This document shows positions 29,944-41,226 of a stretch of 64,000 nucleotides of DNA, one piece after another. The position numbers were made by a program, and so were the translations under genes. Origin of the DNA: Candidatus Binatia bacterium (GTDB taxonomy: Bacteria; Desulfobacterota; Binatia; HRBIN30); contig JBBRSP010000024.1 in NCBI GenBank assembly GCA_038245295.1, positions 1 to 64,000 of the forward strand, read 5' to 3'. Position 1 is the first letter of the stretch, and each line of letters starts with the position of its first letter. Below the pieces are notes generated by a model. It was given only the letters and a program-made list of their open reading frames with translations, ran no database searches and had not been told where the DNA came from.

Positions 29944-30084
29944 GGGCGGAAATCCTTTTCCAAGTGCGCGGTCGAGTCGTCTTGACATGTTTGTGGCCGC
30001 CGACGTACTTAGGCGGCCATTGCAAGTCGAATTGGTTGATCGCGCACGCGGGCGGGGCAAACTCCGTCTGACGTAAGGAGGGCG

Positions 30085-30933
30085 ATGATGGGTGCAGTGC
30101 AAAAATGGGTATCCGGCACGGTTGCCGTTCTTTCCATCTGTGGCATGGCCAAATTGGCCAATGCTGCCGAGGTGACGGATGTGGACCGGTCGTACGGAAA
30201 CTTCGTGCGGGAAGCGGCCACAGTCGGCGAGCAGCAGGTGCGTCTCGAAGTGCGCGGCCTTTCGCTCAATGATGAAGGCAAGACGCGTATCGACATTGTC
30301 GGTCGCCGTATCAAGGCCGATTCTCTGGCCGGCGGAAAAGTCGAAGCATTGGCTTCGTACGGTGTCTTTAAGGGTTCTGAGATCGGCATCGATGTGCCGA
30401 TCATTGCCCAGTCGGTGACGGTCAACGGCCAAAACCTCAGCACCAACGGCGATCCGGTTCCTGGGTCGACCACTGGGTTGGGCGACATCTCGCTCTACTG
30501 GAAGTTCAAGCAGCAAGTCGCCGAGCATTGCGCCGTCGGTGCCGGCGTCGAAGTGCAGACACCCAGCAACACCAATGACAAGATTGGTACGCGCGAGGTC
30601 GGCTTGAACGGCTTCGTCGGCACACGTTACACGCATGGGGCGTTTGGCATCGGTCTGAACACCGGCTACCAGTTCTTTAGCGGTGACGTTGCCAACGTCT
30701 ACAACTTCGGTGTCACCACCCACATCAAGGGCGGCGAGAACTGGGGGCTGCGTACAGAGCTCGTCGGCCGCATCTTCGACCAGGCCGGGCTGCGGAATCA
30801 CGACGTCAGCATCCTGCCGGGTATCGACTACAACATCAGCAGAAACTGGGTGTTCCGCCCGACGGGCATCGTCGGCATCACCAGCACCTCGCTCGATTGG
30901 GGCATCGGCGCCGGTCTAGCGGCGACGTTCTAA
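30085..30933 (+). CDS. Outer-membrane beta-barrel (MetA-pathway/transporter-like)
   Basis: Signal peptide, GLGDISL, alternating strands, C-terminal Phe. Confidence 0.7.
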   Translation: MMGAVQKWVSGTVAVLSICGMAKLANAAEVTDVDRSYGNFVREAATVGEQQVRLEVRGLSLNDEGKTRIDIVGRRIKADSLAGGKVEALASYGVFKGSEIGIDVPIIAQSVTVNGQNLSTNGDPVPGSTTGLGDISLYWKFKQQVAEHCAVGAGVEVQTPSNTNDKIGTREVGLNGFVGTRYTHGAFGIGLNTGYQFFSGDVANVYNFGVTTHIKGGENWGLRTELVGRIFDQAGLRNHDVSILPGIDYNISRNWVFRPTGIVGITSTSLDWGIGAGLAATF

Positions 30934-30955
30934 GTCGTTATCACTGCCTTTGAAG

Positions 30956-30992
30956 AAAGAGGGGATTCCCGGTTGCCGGGGATCCCCTCTTT
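30956..30992. terminator. Intrinsic, probably bidirectional, terminator
   Basis: AAAGAGGGGATTCCCGG-TTG-CCGGGGATCCCCTCTTT downstream of the beta-barrel gene. Confidence 0.75.
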
Positions 30993-31161
30993 GCGTTGGC
31001 GCTTCTTTGAGAAGCATTCGTGGCAGCAAGATATCGCTCGATTCGAGTATCCATAAAGCCAGCAAGTTTTCAGAATGAGAACCGTGAACTTAACGACATT
31101 GGGGTTTTGGGTGACGGTTGGTCTGTGAATCCGCAACCCCTGCGGGCCCTCACCCCGACGC

Positions 31162-31490
31162 CAATGTCGTTAAGTTAGTGAGAGAAGTGCGTCGTCCCGG
31201 CGGAGGAGACTGGCGATTTTCTCTGATTCATCGTTTAAAACTGCGCAAACACCTCCGTCATACCGGCGAAAGCCGGTATCTCCCCAGCATTTGTGGTTTC
31301 CTCTCGAGGAGATCCCGGCTTTCGCCGGGATGACGTTGCTCCATTTCTATTTATCGACAGTCTCGGAGGCCGGAACCCAGTGATGGAATAGAATCTGCGC
31401 GTGATGCTTGGGTTCCATCTCTGGATACCGGCCTCCGCCGGTATGACGAGGCTCCGCAGTGGCCCCCACCTCGCTAACTTAACGACATTG
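31162..31490. mobile_element. IS4-like MITE, 329 bp, containing a nested REP-loop MITE (31206-31364, GGAG duplication)
   Basis: TIR CAATGTCGTTAAGTTAG / CTAACTTAACGACATTG; inserted in a CCCTCACCCCGACCCTCTCCC repeat; a solo extra end lies at 31087-31101. Confidence 0.8.
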
Positions 31491-31603
31491 CCCCGACCCA
31501 CCCCGACCCTCTCCCACCATCTATCTGTCCGCTCGATGCGGGAGAGGGGGCGCTTCCCTTGCATCCCACATGATGACTGTTTGGTGGAGGTTGGCTGCTG
31601 GGC

Positions 31604-32335
31604 TCAATAGTCGACGCGTGTCAGGCACAAGCCTTCTGGCGGCGCCGTTGCCGCGGCCTGCCCACGGTCGCGTGCCGCCAACAGGCGCGGCATGTCATCC
31701 ACCGGCCGTACCCCCAGTCCAATCTCGGCCAGAGTTCCCACGATGGTTCGCACCATGTGGCGCAGAAACGCCGTCGCCTCGATGTGGTAGGACAACAGCT
31801 GTTCGTCGCGCTGCCATTGGCTGATGAAGATGCGCCGCACCGATGTCCGAGCATCACATGTCGAGGCGCGCAGAGATTCGAAATCGTGGTCGCCAAGCAG
31901 GTCGTTGGCTGCCTGCTGCATTGCCTCTAGATCGAGCGGGCGCTGCACATGCCAGGCGAATCGTTGCCAGAAGGGCGATGGGTAGGGCGTGTTCCAGATG
32001 CGGTAGACGTAGGCTCGGCGCCGCGCCATCCGGCGCGGATCAAAGTCGTCGCTCGCCACGTCGAGTGTGCGTAGTGTAATCGCCGGCGGCGTCAGCGAAT
32101 TGAGGGCGCGGTGCAGTTTGCGCGCTGTGATGTCGCGTTCAAGGTTGAACGAGATGACTTGCCCCAGTGCGTGAACGCCGGAGTCGGTGCGGCCGGCGGC
32201 GAAGATACGTACCGGGTGGCCAGCCACCTGTTGCAGCGCGTCTTCGATAGCCGCCTGGATGGTTGGGCCGTTCGCTTGGGTCTGCCAACCGCAGAACCTG
32301 GTGCCGTCGTACTCGACGATCGCTCGGTAGCGCAT
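31604..32335 (-). CDS. truA: tRNA pseudouridine(38-40) synthase
   Basis: YDGT.F.GWQ.Q, AGRTDSGVHA, FLRHMVR, APPEGL.L. Confidence 0.97.
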   Translation of the reverse strand: MRYRAIVEYDGTRFCGWQTQANGPTIQAAIEDALQQVAGHPVRIFAAGRTDSGVHALGQVISFNLERDITARKLHRALNSLTPPAITLRTLDVASDDFDPRRMARRRAYVYRIWNTPYPSPFWQRFAWHVQRPLDLEAMQQAANDLLGDHDFESLRASTCDARTSVRRIFISQWQRDEQLLSYHIEATAFLRHMVRTIVGTLAEIGLGVRPVDDMPRLLAARDRGQAAATAPPEGLCLTRVDY

Positions 32336-32354
32336 GGCGTCGGTTCTACGGTGG

Positions 32355-33383
32355 TTACTTGCCGAGATGGTCGCGGATCAGGATTTCGGCGATCTGCACC
32401 GCGTTGACTGCCGAGCCCTTGCGTACACTGTCGGTAGCGACCCAGAGATCGATGTGCGGATGAAGTTGGCTGACACGCAGGCGGCCGACGACCGTCGCAT
32501 CGGCGCCGACCACGTCGGCCGTTGTCGGATAGGACGTCGGATCATCTTCTTCATCGAGAAGGATCCCCGGAGCGGCACGTAGGAGCTCGCGCACCTGGCT
32601 GTCGGAGGGCATCTGCTGCATCTCGACATGCAGCGACAGACACGCCCCGAAGAACACTGGCACGCGGGCGCGCGTGATGCTGATCGGTGTGGCAGTGTTT
32701 GCCAGCAACCGTTGTAAGGCGTGCACCGACTGTTGTTCGCCGAGCGTGTTGCCGCCTTGCAGAATCTCGCCGATCTGGGGGACGACATTGAAGGCGAGCC
32801 GGTGCGGGAAGACCTCCGGCTCGGGACTGGAGCCACTGAGCAGCTCGGTGACCTGGGTTTGCAGCTCGCTGATCCCGCGCCGACCGGCACCGGCGGCGGG
32901 TTCGAAGGTGGTGGCCACGACATTGGTGAGCGGTGACGTCGTTTGCAGTGCCGCCAAAACGACCGCCAGGGGGATAGCGATGGGATCCGGGCTGGTGATG
33001 AATCGCTGTGCTGCGTAGTCGCCGATATCGGCGGCATTTACTTCGGGAACGACCAGGGGAATCGCGTTGTTGTCGGCAAACAGACCACTGGTGTCGATGG
33101 CGATGGCGCCACTGGCGCGGACGCGTTCGCGCCACTCCGCGGTAACCTGTTGGCCGGCGGCGAGGAAGACGATGTCGAGCCCGTCGAACTTGGCGGTGTC
33201 GTCGAGCGGGAGAAGCAGTGGGTTGAAGCTACCGCACTCCAGACGCTCGCCCGCCGATTCATAGCTGGCAAACACACGCAGCTCGCTGAGCGGAAAGCCG
33301 CGCTCCCGCAAGGCCGTCAGGATCTCGGAGCCAACGATACCGCTGGCGCCGATGACGCCGACACTGTACGAGCTCTTACTCAT
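32355..33383 (-). CDS. Aspartate-semialdehyde dehydrogenase homolog lacking the catalytic Cys (Usg-like)
   Basis: [49 protein letters not shown] in place of NPNCST. Confidence 0.8.
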   Translation of the reverse strand: MSKSSYSVGVIGASGIVGSEILTALRERGFPLSELRVFASYESAGERLECGSFNPLLLPLDDTAKFDGLDIVFLAAGQQVTAEWRERVRASGAIAIDTSGLFADNNAIPLVVPEVNAADIGDYAAQRFITSPDPIAIPLAVVLAALQTTSPLTNVVATTFEPAAGAGRRGISELQTQVTELLSGSSPEPEVFPHRLAFNVVPQIGEILQGGNTLGEQQSVHALQRLLANTATPISITRARVPVFFGACLSLHVEMQQMPSDSQVRELLRAAPGILLDEEDDPTSYPTTADVVGADATVVGRLRVSQLHPHIDLWVATDSVRKGSAVNAVQIAEILIRDHLGK

Positions 33384-34474
33384 GAGCCGGAGCCGACTCG
33401 TCGCGCCACTTCGGCTCCCATCTCACGGCAGCCGACGATCTTGCAATTGGGCTGCCCGATATCGGGTGTGCGCCAGCCGTCGGCCATCACGGCTTCGACC
33501 GCCGCTTCGATCGCTTCGGCCGCCGCCGTCTGCGCCAGCGAGTAACGCAGCATCATGGCCACCGAAAGAATCGTGGCGAGAGGATTTGCCTTATTCTGCC
33601 CGGCGATGTCTGGGGCGCTGCCGTGGATAGGCTCGTACAAGCCGCGCGGTAATCCAAAGCTGTTCTTGGCATCACCAATCGACGCCGAGGGCAGCATGCC
33701 CATGGAGCCGGCCAACATCGAGGCTTCATCGGTGAGGATGTCGCCGAAGAGGTTTTCGGTGGCGATCACGTCGAAGTCGCGCGGCCGTCGCAGCAAATGC
33801 ATAGCCATGGCGTCGACGAGTACGTCTTCGTACTCTACGTCGGCATACTCCTCACGCACTTCATGCGCCACATCACGCCACAGCCGCGAGGTCGACATCA
33901 CATTGGCTTTATCGACTGACGTAACCTTGTTGCGCCGCGTGCGAGCCAACTCGAAGGCAACGCGCATCAAGCGTGCGACTTCCTGCTCCGAGTAGAGGCA
34001 CGTGTCGACCGCCTCGCGCGAACCCGGCGTGCCGCGTTGCTCGCTGGGTTTGCCGAAGTAGATGCCGCCGGTGAGCTCGCGGATGACGACGAGATCGACG
34101 CCTTTGAGAATTTCCGGTTTGAGCGGTGCCGCGTCGATGAGCTGCGGCACCACCTTAACCGGGCGCAGATTGGCGAAGAGCCCCAAGCCTTTACGGATGC
34201 CGAGCAGGCCCTGCTCGGGGCGCACCGCGGCTTTGGGGTTGTCCCACTTCGGCCCGCCGACGGCGCCGAGCAGTACTGCGTCGCTCGCCAGACCAGCCGT
34301 CAGTGTTGCTTCAGGAAGCCCAGTGCCGAACTGATCGATGGCGCTGCCGCCGATGCTGCCTTCCTCGAACGTGACCTTGAAGGCAAACCGCGTGGCGATC
34401 GCTTCGAAAACGAGTCGCGCCTGAGCAACCACCTCCGGGCCGATGCCATCACCGGGGAGAACCAAAATGCGCAT
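33380..34474 (-). CDS. leuB: 3-isopropylmalate dehydrogenase
   Basis: [44 protein letters not shown]. Confidence 0.97.
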   Translation of the reverse strand: MRILVLPGDGIGPEVVAQARLVFEAIATRFAFKVTFEEGSIGGSAIDQFGTGLPEATLTAGLASDAVLLGAVGGPKWDNPKAAVRPEQGLLGIRKGLGLFANLRPVKVVPQLIDAAPLKPEILKGVDLVVIRELTGGIYFGKPSEQRGTPGSREAVDTCLYSEQEVARLMRVAFELARTRRNKVTSVDKANVMSTSRLWRDVAHEVREEYADVEYEDVLVDAMAMHLLRRPRDFDVIATENLFGDILTDEASMLAGSMGMLPSASIGDAKNSFGLPRGLYEPIHGSAPDIAGQNKANPLATILSVAMMLRYSLAQTAAAEAIEAAVEAVMADGWRTPDIGQPNCKIVGCREMGAEVARRVGSGS

Positions 34475-34565
34475 TCGGATTTCCTCTCTAGGAGGGTGTT
34501 CGGTGTTGGCTGTTAGGGGGGAACAAGCGACCCCTAACACCCTGACAGCGTAACACCCTGGTGCC

Positions 34566-36122
<1,557 letters not shown>

Positions 36123-36194
36123 CGTCCTATCCTCCTTCGGGCTCCTGGACCCGAAACTAAGAAGGGCCACGGGGGACGCTGCCCGTAGCCCTGC

Positions 36195-36237
36195 AAAAAC
36201 ACAAATGCCACGGAGCAGCTAGATCCCGCCCGTGGCA
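36195..36237 (-). terminator. Attenuator terminator hairpin upstream of leuA
   Basis: Minus strand TGCCACGGGCGGGATCTAGCTGCTCCGTGGCA followed by TTTGTGTTTTT. Confidence 0.8.
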
Positions 36238-36260
36238 CCTTCGGTTGACGTTGATTTTGA

Positions 36261-36347
36261 CTACACAACCCAAGGCGCTGCGGACGGGCACGGAAGAAGT
36301 AGCCCGAGGAGGAGTAGTCCGGCAACGATTTGAGGTCTTGCAGTCAC
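36261..36347 (-). CDS. leu operon leader peptide (28 aa, MTARPQIVAGLLLLGLLLPCPSAAPWVV)
   Basis: Seven Leu in eight codons (CTA CTC CTC CTC GGG CTA CTT CTT) just 5' of a terminator and leuA; below the ORF track size cutoff. Confidence 0.75.
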   Translation of the reverse strand: MTARPQIVAGLLLLGLLLPCPSAAPWVV

Positions 36348-36552
36348 GTTGGCCTAACTACGAGACGGGCAGGGTTGAGTCAAGATGCGACCACGAATGT
36401 GGGATGGTTGGGAGTTCCATCTACGTCGGGCACGGGCAAGGCCACGGGCAAGGATCATGCGCCGCGATTGACTGCCGCGGCGTCCCATCAGCCGCGGTTC
36501 TTGCGCGAGAGTGTGTGCGTGGGCGGCGCCTTTCTGGAGCGCCGGTACCGAG

Positions 36553-36768
36553 CTAGAGGAGGAAGACTTCACCGGTCTCAGATGGCTCGCGGCCCGGGAT
36601 CGGTCCAAACAGTCGCTGCATCGACTCCAGGAAGCGGAGGTAGTCATCGAGGCTGGGTGGATGCTGCCGGTGCCAAGCTTCCGCGGCACGTTGACCGGCC
36701 TCGATGTCCGCGCGGCGCTGCTCGTCGCGCGACTCTTCCAAGAATGATTGCGCCTCGCTCGCGTTCAT
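36553..36768 (-). CDS. Small hypothetical partner of the nucleotidyltransferase
   Basis: ATGA overlap with the upstream gene; SLDDYLRFL helix. Confidence 0.6.
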   Translation of the reverse strand: MNASEAQSFLEESRDEQRRADIEAGQRAAEAWHRQHPPSLDDYLRFLESMQRLFGPIPGREPSETGEVFLL

Positions 36769-37301
36769 CGTTTCATCCGACTCAGTCGCTCCTCGAAGTC
36801 ATCTTCGCGGTCGAATAAACGGAAGTACTCACGAGCTCGCCGCAGATCACCATCACTGAGGGACGGCAGGATGCGATCGATGTCGGCAAGGTCGACAGCC
36901 GCCCGCCGTGGGTCATTTACTGCCGCTTGAAGTTTTAATCCGACGATGTCGGCTGCTTGCACGACTTTCACACTGCGGCCGGCAATTGTCATCGGCCGAG
37001 CGGCCGCGAGCATCGCCAGCGAATGCGGTCGGTGCGCAAATAGCAAATCAACACTGCCTAGACGCGTGTCGTCGGAGCTGTAGTTGGCGGCGTTCGGCGA
37101 ACGAAAGAGAGTCTCGAACCCGACCTCTTTGAGGATGCGATCCGCGTCGTCGGCCCGCAGGCCAGGGACGAGGAAATCCAGATCGCCTGTGGCGCGCAGA
37201 AAACCCAGGGCCGCCATCGCGAAACCACCGATCAACGCATGGTCGATCACGGCCGCGGTGAAGCGTTCCTCGATTTGTTCCAACACCCAGGCGAAGTCCA
37301 T
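36765..37301 (-). CDS. Minimal nucleotidyltransferase-fold protein (TA-like)
   Basis: LIGGFAM...RATGDLDFL, VDLL, LKLQA...R...DLADI. Confidence 0.82.
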   Translation of the reverse strand: MDFAWVLEQIEERFTAAVIDHALIGGFAMAALGFLRATGDLDFLVPGLRADDADRILKEVGFETLFRSPNAANYSSDDTRLGSVDLLFAHRPHSLAMLAAARPMTIAGRSVKVVQAADIVGLKLQAAVNDPRRAAVDLADIDRILPSLSDGDLRRAREYFRLFDREDDFEERLSRMKR

Positions 37302-37457
37302 CGCTTCGGAGGTTCGCATAACGGAAGGCTTGGCGTCCAGCTCTGAAAGGCGGAGGCAAGGGCGACGGCGCGGGCGGGGGACCATCATCTACCGGTCGAA
37401 ACAGATTCCACAGCCGGGGCAGCACTACGATTGCCACCCGGCTATACCGGCGCCTCT

Positions 37458-38309
37458 ATGCATCGAGGTTCTGTCGAATTTGTTGGTCATGAAGGTGTAC
37501 ATCTGCGCGGCGATGCGTTTGGTGATCCGACTCATCCGCCGGTGATTCTGTTGCCGGGCGGCGGCCAGACGCGCCACTCCTGGGGCGGTACGGCCAAACG
37601 TCTGGCAGCCGATGGTTGGTACGCCTTGTCGATGGATCTGCGCGGTCATGGCGAGAGTGATTGGCCGGAGAGCAAGGATTACTCGCTTGACACGTTCGTC
37701 GCCGACCTGCTGGCGATGACGAGCCAGCTCAAACAACAGCCGGCGTTGGTCGGCGCTTCGCTGGGCGGGCTCACCTCGTTGCTTGCCGCGGGCGAGCGGG
37801 CGCCGCAGGCGTTTGCGGCCCTCGTCCTGGTCGACATCGCCCCACGTATGGAAATGAAAGGCGTCGAGCGCATCATCACATTCATGCATCAACACCTCGA
37901 CGGATTCGCCGATCTCGACGAAGCCGCCGCCGCCATCGGTGAATACATGCCGCACCGGCCGCGCCCCAAGGATGTTGCCGGGCTGAAGAAGAACCTGCGT
38001 CTGTGTGACGACGGCCGTTACCGCTGGCACTGGGATCCCGATTTCGTGTTGGGGAAGAAGGGCCCGAGCGCCACCATGCAGACCGATCGCCTGCTGCGCG
38101 CCGCATCGCAGCTGACCGTCCCGGCGTTGCTGGTTCGCGGCAAGTTGAGCGACGTGATCAGCGAGCAAAGCGCCCACGAGTTCCTCGCGGCGGCACCGCA
38201 GGCCCGCTTCGTCGACATCTCCGAGGCCGGCCACATGGTGGTTGGCGACAAGAACGACATCTTTGCCCAGGCGGTGATCGACTTTCTGCGCACGGTGCGG
38301 GCGTTGTAA
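37458..38309 (+). CDS. Alpha/beta hydrolase
   Basis: GGGQTRHSW, DLRGHGES, GASLGG nucleophile, AGHMV. Confidence 0.9.
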   Translation: MHRGSVEFVGHEGVHLRGDAFGDPTHPPVILLPGGGQTRHSWGGTAKRLAADGWYALSMDLRGHGESDWPESKDYSLDTFVADLLAMTSQLKQQPALVGASLGGLTSLLAAGERAPQAFAALVLVDIAPRMEMKGVERIITFMHQHLDGFADLDEAAAAIGEYMPHRPRPKDVAGLKKNLRLCDDGRYRWHWDPDFVLGKKGPSATMQTDRLLRAASQLTVPALLVRGKLSDVISEQSAHEFLAAAPQARFVDISEAGHMVVGDKNDIFAQAVIDFLRTVRAL

Positions 38310-38348
38310 CCAAACCCAACGCAGGAGCATGAACCGTTGCCTCCCCTC

Positions 38349-39881
38349 TCAGGAGTAGCGCTGCGCCAGCTCGTGCTTGCGCACCTTGCCTTGCGGCTCG
38401 CGCGGTAGCTCGGCGACGAGCTCGATGCGCTTCGGGCACTTGTAGTGCGCCAACTCTTGGCGTGTGTGCTCGAGGAGCTCAGCCGCGGAGGCCTGGCTGC
38501 CCACACGAAGCTCGACGACGGCGAGAACGGCTTTGCCCATGTCGGCATCGGCGATGCCGACGACCGCCGCATCGGCGACCGCCGGATGCTGCATGAGCAC
38601 GGCTTCGACTTCTGCCGGATAGATATTGGCGCCGCCGCTGATGATCAGGTCGGTCCGCCGGTCGGCAATGTAGAGGTAGCCGTCGGCATCCAGGTAGCCG
38701 AGATCACCGGCGGTGAAATAGCCATCGCGAAACGCCGCTTGGTTCTTCGCCTCGGCGTCGCGGTAATGGAAATTCAGGACCGGGGACTTCACGTAAATGA
38801 GCCCGATCTTGCCCGGCGGACACTCCTTGCCATCATCGTCGAGAATCTTGACCGTGTGGCCGGGCCACGGTGTGCCGACACTGCCGGGCTTCTTCACCCA
38901 TTCTTCCGCCGTGATCTTGGTGAAACCGCTTTCCGACGAGCCGTAGAATTCGGTGACCGTGTTGGGCGGCATGACTTCCATGATGCCGCGCTTGATGTGG
39001 GGCGGACAGGGTGCTGCCGAGTGCAAGACGAACCGCAACGACGAAAGATCGCGGCGCGAGCGTTGGTCGGCCGGGATCTGCAAAATGCGCGCAAAGTGGG
39101 TCGGAACCATGAAGCTGTTGGTGACTCGATACGCTTCGATCAATCGCAATGCCTCCGCAGCGTCGAAGTGCGACATCAAGACGACCTGCGCGCCGATCAG
39201 CAAATGCACCTGCGCGTAGCTGCTCGGGGCGGTGTGGTAGAGCGGGCCATTCACCAGGTGCACGTCGTCCGGCGTCAGCTGCCACAGCTGTGCGATGCCG
39301 AGCAGTTGCAGATGGCCGCGTGCCGGGTCGACGTCGCGATCGACGCCTTTCGGTCGGCCCGTCGTGCCCGATGTGTAGACCAGTGCATTGAAGCCGCCGC
39401 CGATGAAGGCATCGCTTGGCTCGGCGGTAGATTCAGCCGCCAGCAGCGCCTCGTAGGATTGCCCGCGCCAGGGTGCGGCATTACCGACCACCCACAGACG
39501 GTCGTCGCTCCAGCCGAGCTGCTCGAGCGCCCGATCGATTTCGTTGCGCACGCTGATGTCGCCGAGCATGACCCGGGCCCGCGAGTCCGTGACCATGTAG
39601 GCGATCTCGGGCGCTTTGAGGCGGTAACCGATCGGCACCAGACGCGCCCCGAGTTTGCCGGCGGCGTTGAGCAGCTCGAACCACTCGACGCCGTTCGGTA
39701 GTGCCGCAGCCACGGTATCGCCGACGTTGACCCCGACGCGGCGTAGCGCATGAGCCAATTGGTTGACGCGTCGATTCAGTTCGCCATACGACACCAGGCG
39801 CTCGCCAAACGAGATCGCCAGGCGCGACGGGAACTCACGCGCGTGATGCGTCAAACCGAGCGATGATGGATCGAGAGTCAT
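38349..39881 (-). CDS. Acyl-CoA synthetase (AMP-binding)
   Basis: YTSGTTGRPKG, FYGSSE, GDLGYLD, IISGGANIYPAEVE. Confidence 0.94.
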   Translation of the reverse strand: MTLDPSSLGLTHHAREFPSRLAISFGERLVSYGELNRRVNQLAHALRRVGVNVGDTVAAALPNGVEWFELLNAAGKLGARLVPIGYRLKAPEIAYMVTDSRARVMLGDISVRNEIDRALEQLGWSDDRLWVVGNAAPWRGQSYEALLAAESTAEPSDAFIGGGFNALVYTSGTTGRPKGVDRDVDPARGHLQLLGIAQLWQLTPDDVHLVNGPLYHTAPSSYAQVHLLIGAQVVLMSHFDAAEALRLIEAYRVTNSFMVPTHFARILQIPADQRSRRDLSSLRFVLHSAAPCPPHIKRGIMEVMPPNTVTEFYGSSESGFTKITAEEWVKKPGSVGTPWPGHTVKILDDDGKECPPGKIGLIYVKSPVLNFHYRDAEAKNQAAFRDGYFTAGDLGYLDADGYLYIADRRTDLIISGGANIYPAEVEAVLMQHPAVADAAVVGIADADMGKAVLAVVELRVGSQASAAELLEHTRQELAHYKCPKRIELVAELPREPQGKVRKHELAQRYS

Positions 39882-39963
39882 GGTCGAAGCGTCGGCTAAT
39901 CACGCCACACGCCGCCCTGGCAAGAGACGGCGGCGGTTCGAGCGGTCCCGCAACCCCCCGTCG

Positions 39964-40043
39964 AAATAGCCAAATGGCCAAATGACCAAATGGCAAGATG
40001 ACGAGATGACAAGATGGCCAAATGGCAAGATCGCCAAATGGCC
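39964..40043. repeat. Octamer tandem repeat (AAATGGCC-like)
   Basis: About ten degenerate units; same family at 46656-46784 and about 50080-50110. Confidence 0.8.
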
Positions 40044-40049
40044 ATTGTC

Positions 40050-40766
40050 TCAGCTGACATACCCGCGTGGCCCCGAGGCGACGATGACGGGATCAGCGTA
40101 CAAGAGGCTGCCATCGTTGCCGATATCGACCTGCTGCAGGCTGATCTCGAAGCGCCCGAGCGGCGATTGGATCATTACGGCGAGACGCGCGCCGGTTTCG
40201 CTGCGTGCGATCGCCGGCTGATAGGCCTCGACCGGATGGATAACCGTCCAATCCGGCGAGCTGGTGATCTGACTCAACTCTTCCGCCGAGGCGATGACGT
40301 GTGAGTGGGTCCACCGGGCGCTCGCCCACAACTCTTGCATCGCTACCCAGTAGTCGAAGAACCCGATCGCCGAGTCTTCGTGGTAGAAGTGCCGGTAAAG
40401 AAGCTCGAGGTCTTGTGTCGGCGCGTAGCGTTGCGCCACGGCTGCCGAGTCGGGAGCCGGGTGCCATTCGAGCAAACGTCGCACCGGGGTAACATCGGTG
40501 CTCAAGCGGGCGACGAACGGCCGAACCAAGAGATCGCGGCCCTGTTGACCAAAGTAACAATAGCGGACGACGAAGCCCGGCGGCAGCGTCACATTGCCGA
40601 GAGCGGCGAGCACTTCGGCGGCATTGGTCTCGAACAGGTTGAGCCAATACGTGGCTGACTCGCGTTCTGGGACTGGTCCGCAATGCTCAATGGCACGGGC
40701 GCGTCCGGCTTCGACGCGCTGCAAGGTTTCCCGCACGTGTTCGACGGGGATGAGGTCGACCGACAT
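40050..40766 (-). CDS. Hypothetical protein
   Basis: Long ORF with protein-like composition; start uncertain. Confidence 0.6.
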   Translation of the reverse strand: MSVDLIPVEHVRETLQRVEAGRARAIEHCGPVPERESATYWLNLFETNAAEVLAALGNVTLPPGFVVRYCYFGQQGRDLLVRPFVARLSTDVTPVRRLLEWHPAPDSAAVAQRYAPTQDLELLYRHFYHEDSAIGFFDYWVAMQELWASARWTHSHVIASAEELSQITSSPDWTVIHPVEAYQPAIARSETGARLAVMIQSPLGRFEISLQQVDIGNDGSLLYADPVIVASGPRGYVS

Positions 40767-40957
40767 GCGCGCCACGATGTCGCAACTGGGCCGACGGAGC
40801 AACCCGTAGGGCATGCGCGGCCGACGGATCCAGACCAATCGCCGGCTCACGGCGTGAGGGCACGCCGACTCCTTCCCCGCAATCTATTGGGAGGTGCCCG
40901 AAAAATGGCCACAACTGGTTGACGCCTCCGGCTGAGAACGGTAGACCAAACGCGCGA

Positions 40958-41100
40958 CATAGGCCTAATCCCCGGAGACGGGGAGCGGAGGACCCAAGCA
41001 ACAAAGGGGTGTGTCTCGGTGGCTCGGAGTAGGGGCCGGGTACCGAGAGGGACAACTTCTTGAGTCCTAACCCGACAGCTAACTTCGCCGGCCTTCAAGG
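40958..41100 (+). promoter_or_regulatory. Cyclic di-AMP (ydaO/yuaA) riboswitch
   Basis: GCCTAATCCCC...GGGAGCGGAGGACCC...GGGGTG...AGGGAC...GTCCTAACCCGACAGCTAACTTCGCCGGC follows the ydaO consensus order; upstream of a cell-wall M23 peptidase. Confidence 0.85.
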
Positions 41101-41226
41101 AGAGGCGCCACCTTCCGGGTGGCCGCGGGAATACCCTGCGGTCGACGGTCCGTGGCGGCCGAAGACAGCGTAATCGCGTCTGGTGCTGCCTCTCCACCAT
41201 TTATGTCGCCGGGAAGGGAGAGGCTA

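Noticed and set aside
36355..36383. Sigma70 promoter for the leu leader (TTGACT-17-TAGTTA, minus strand)
   Set aside because: The -10 box lacks the conserved final T; unsupported without TSS data.
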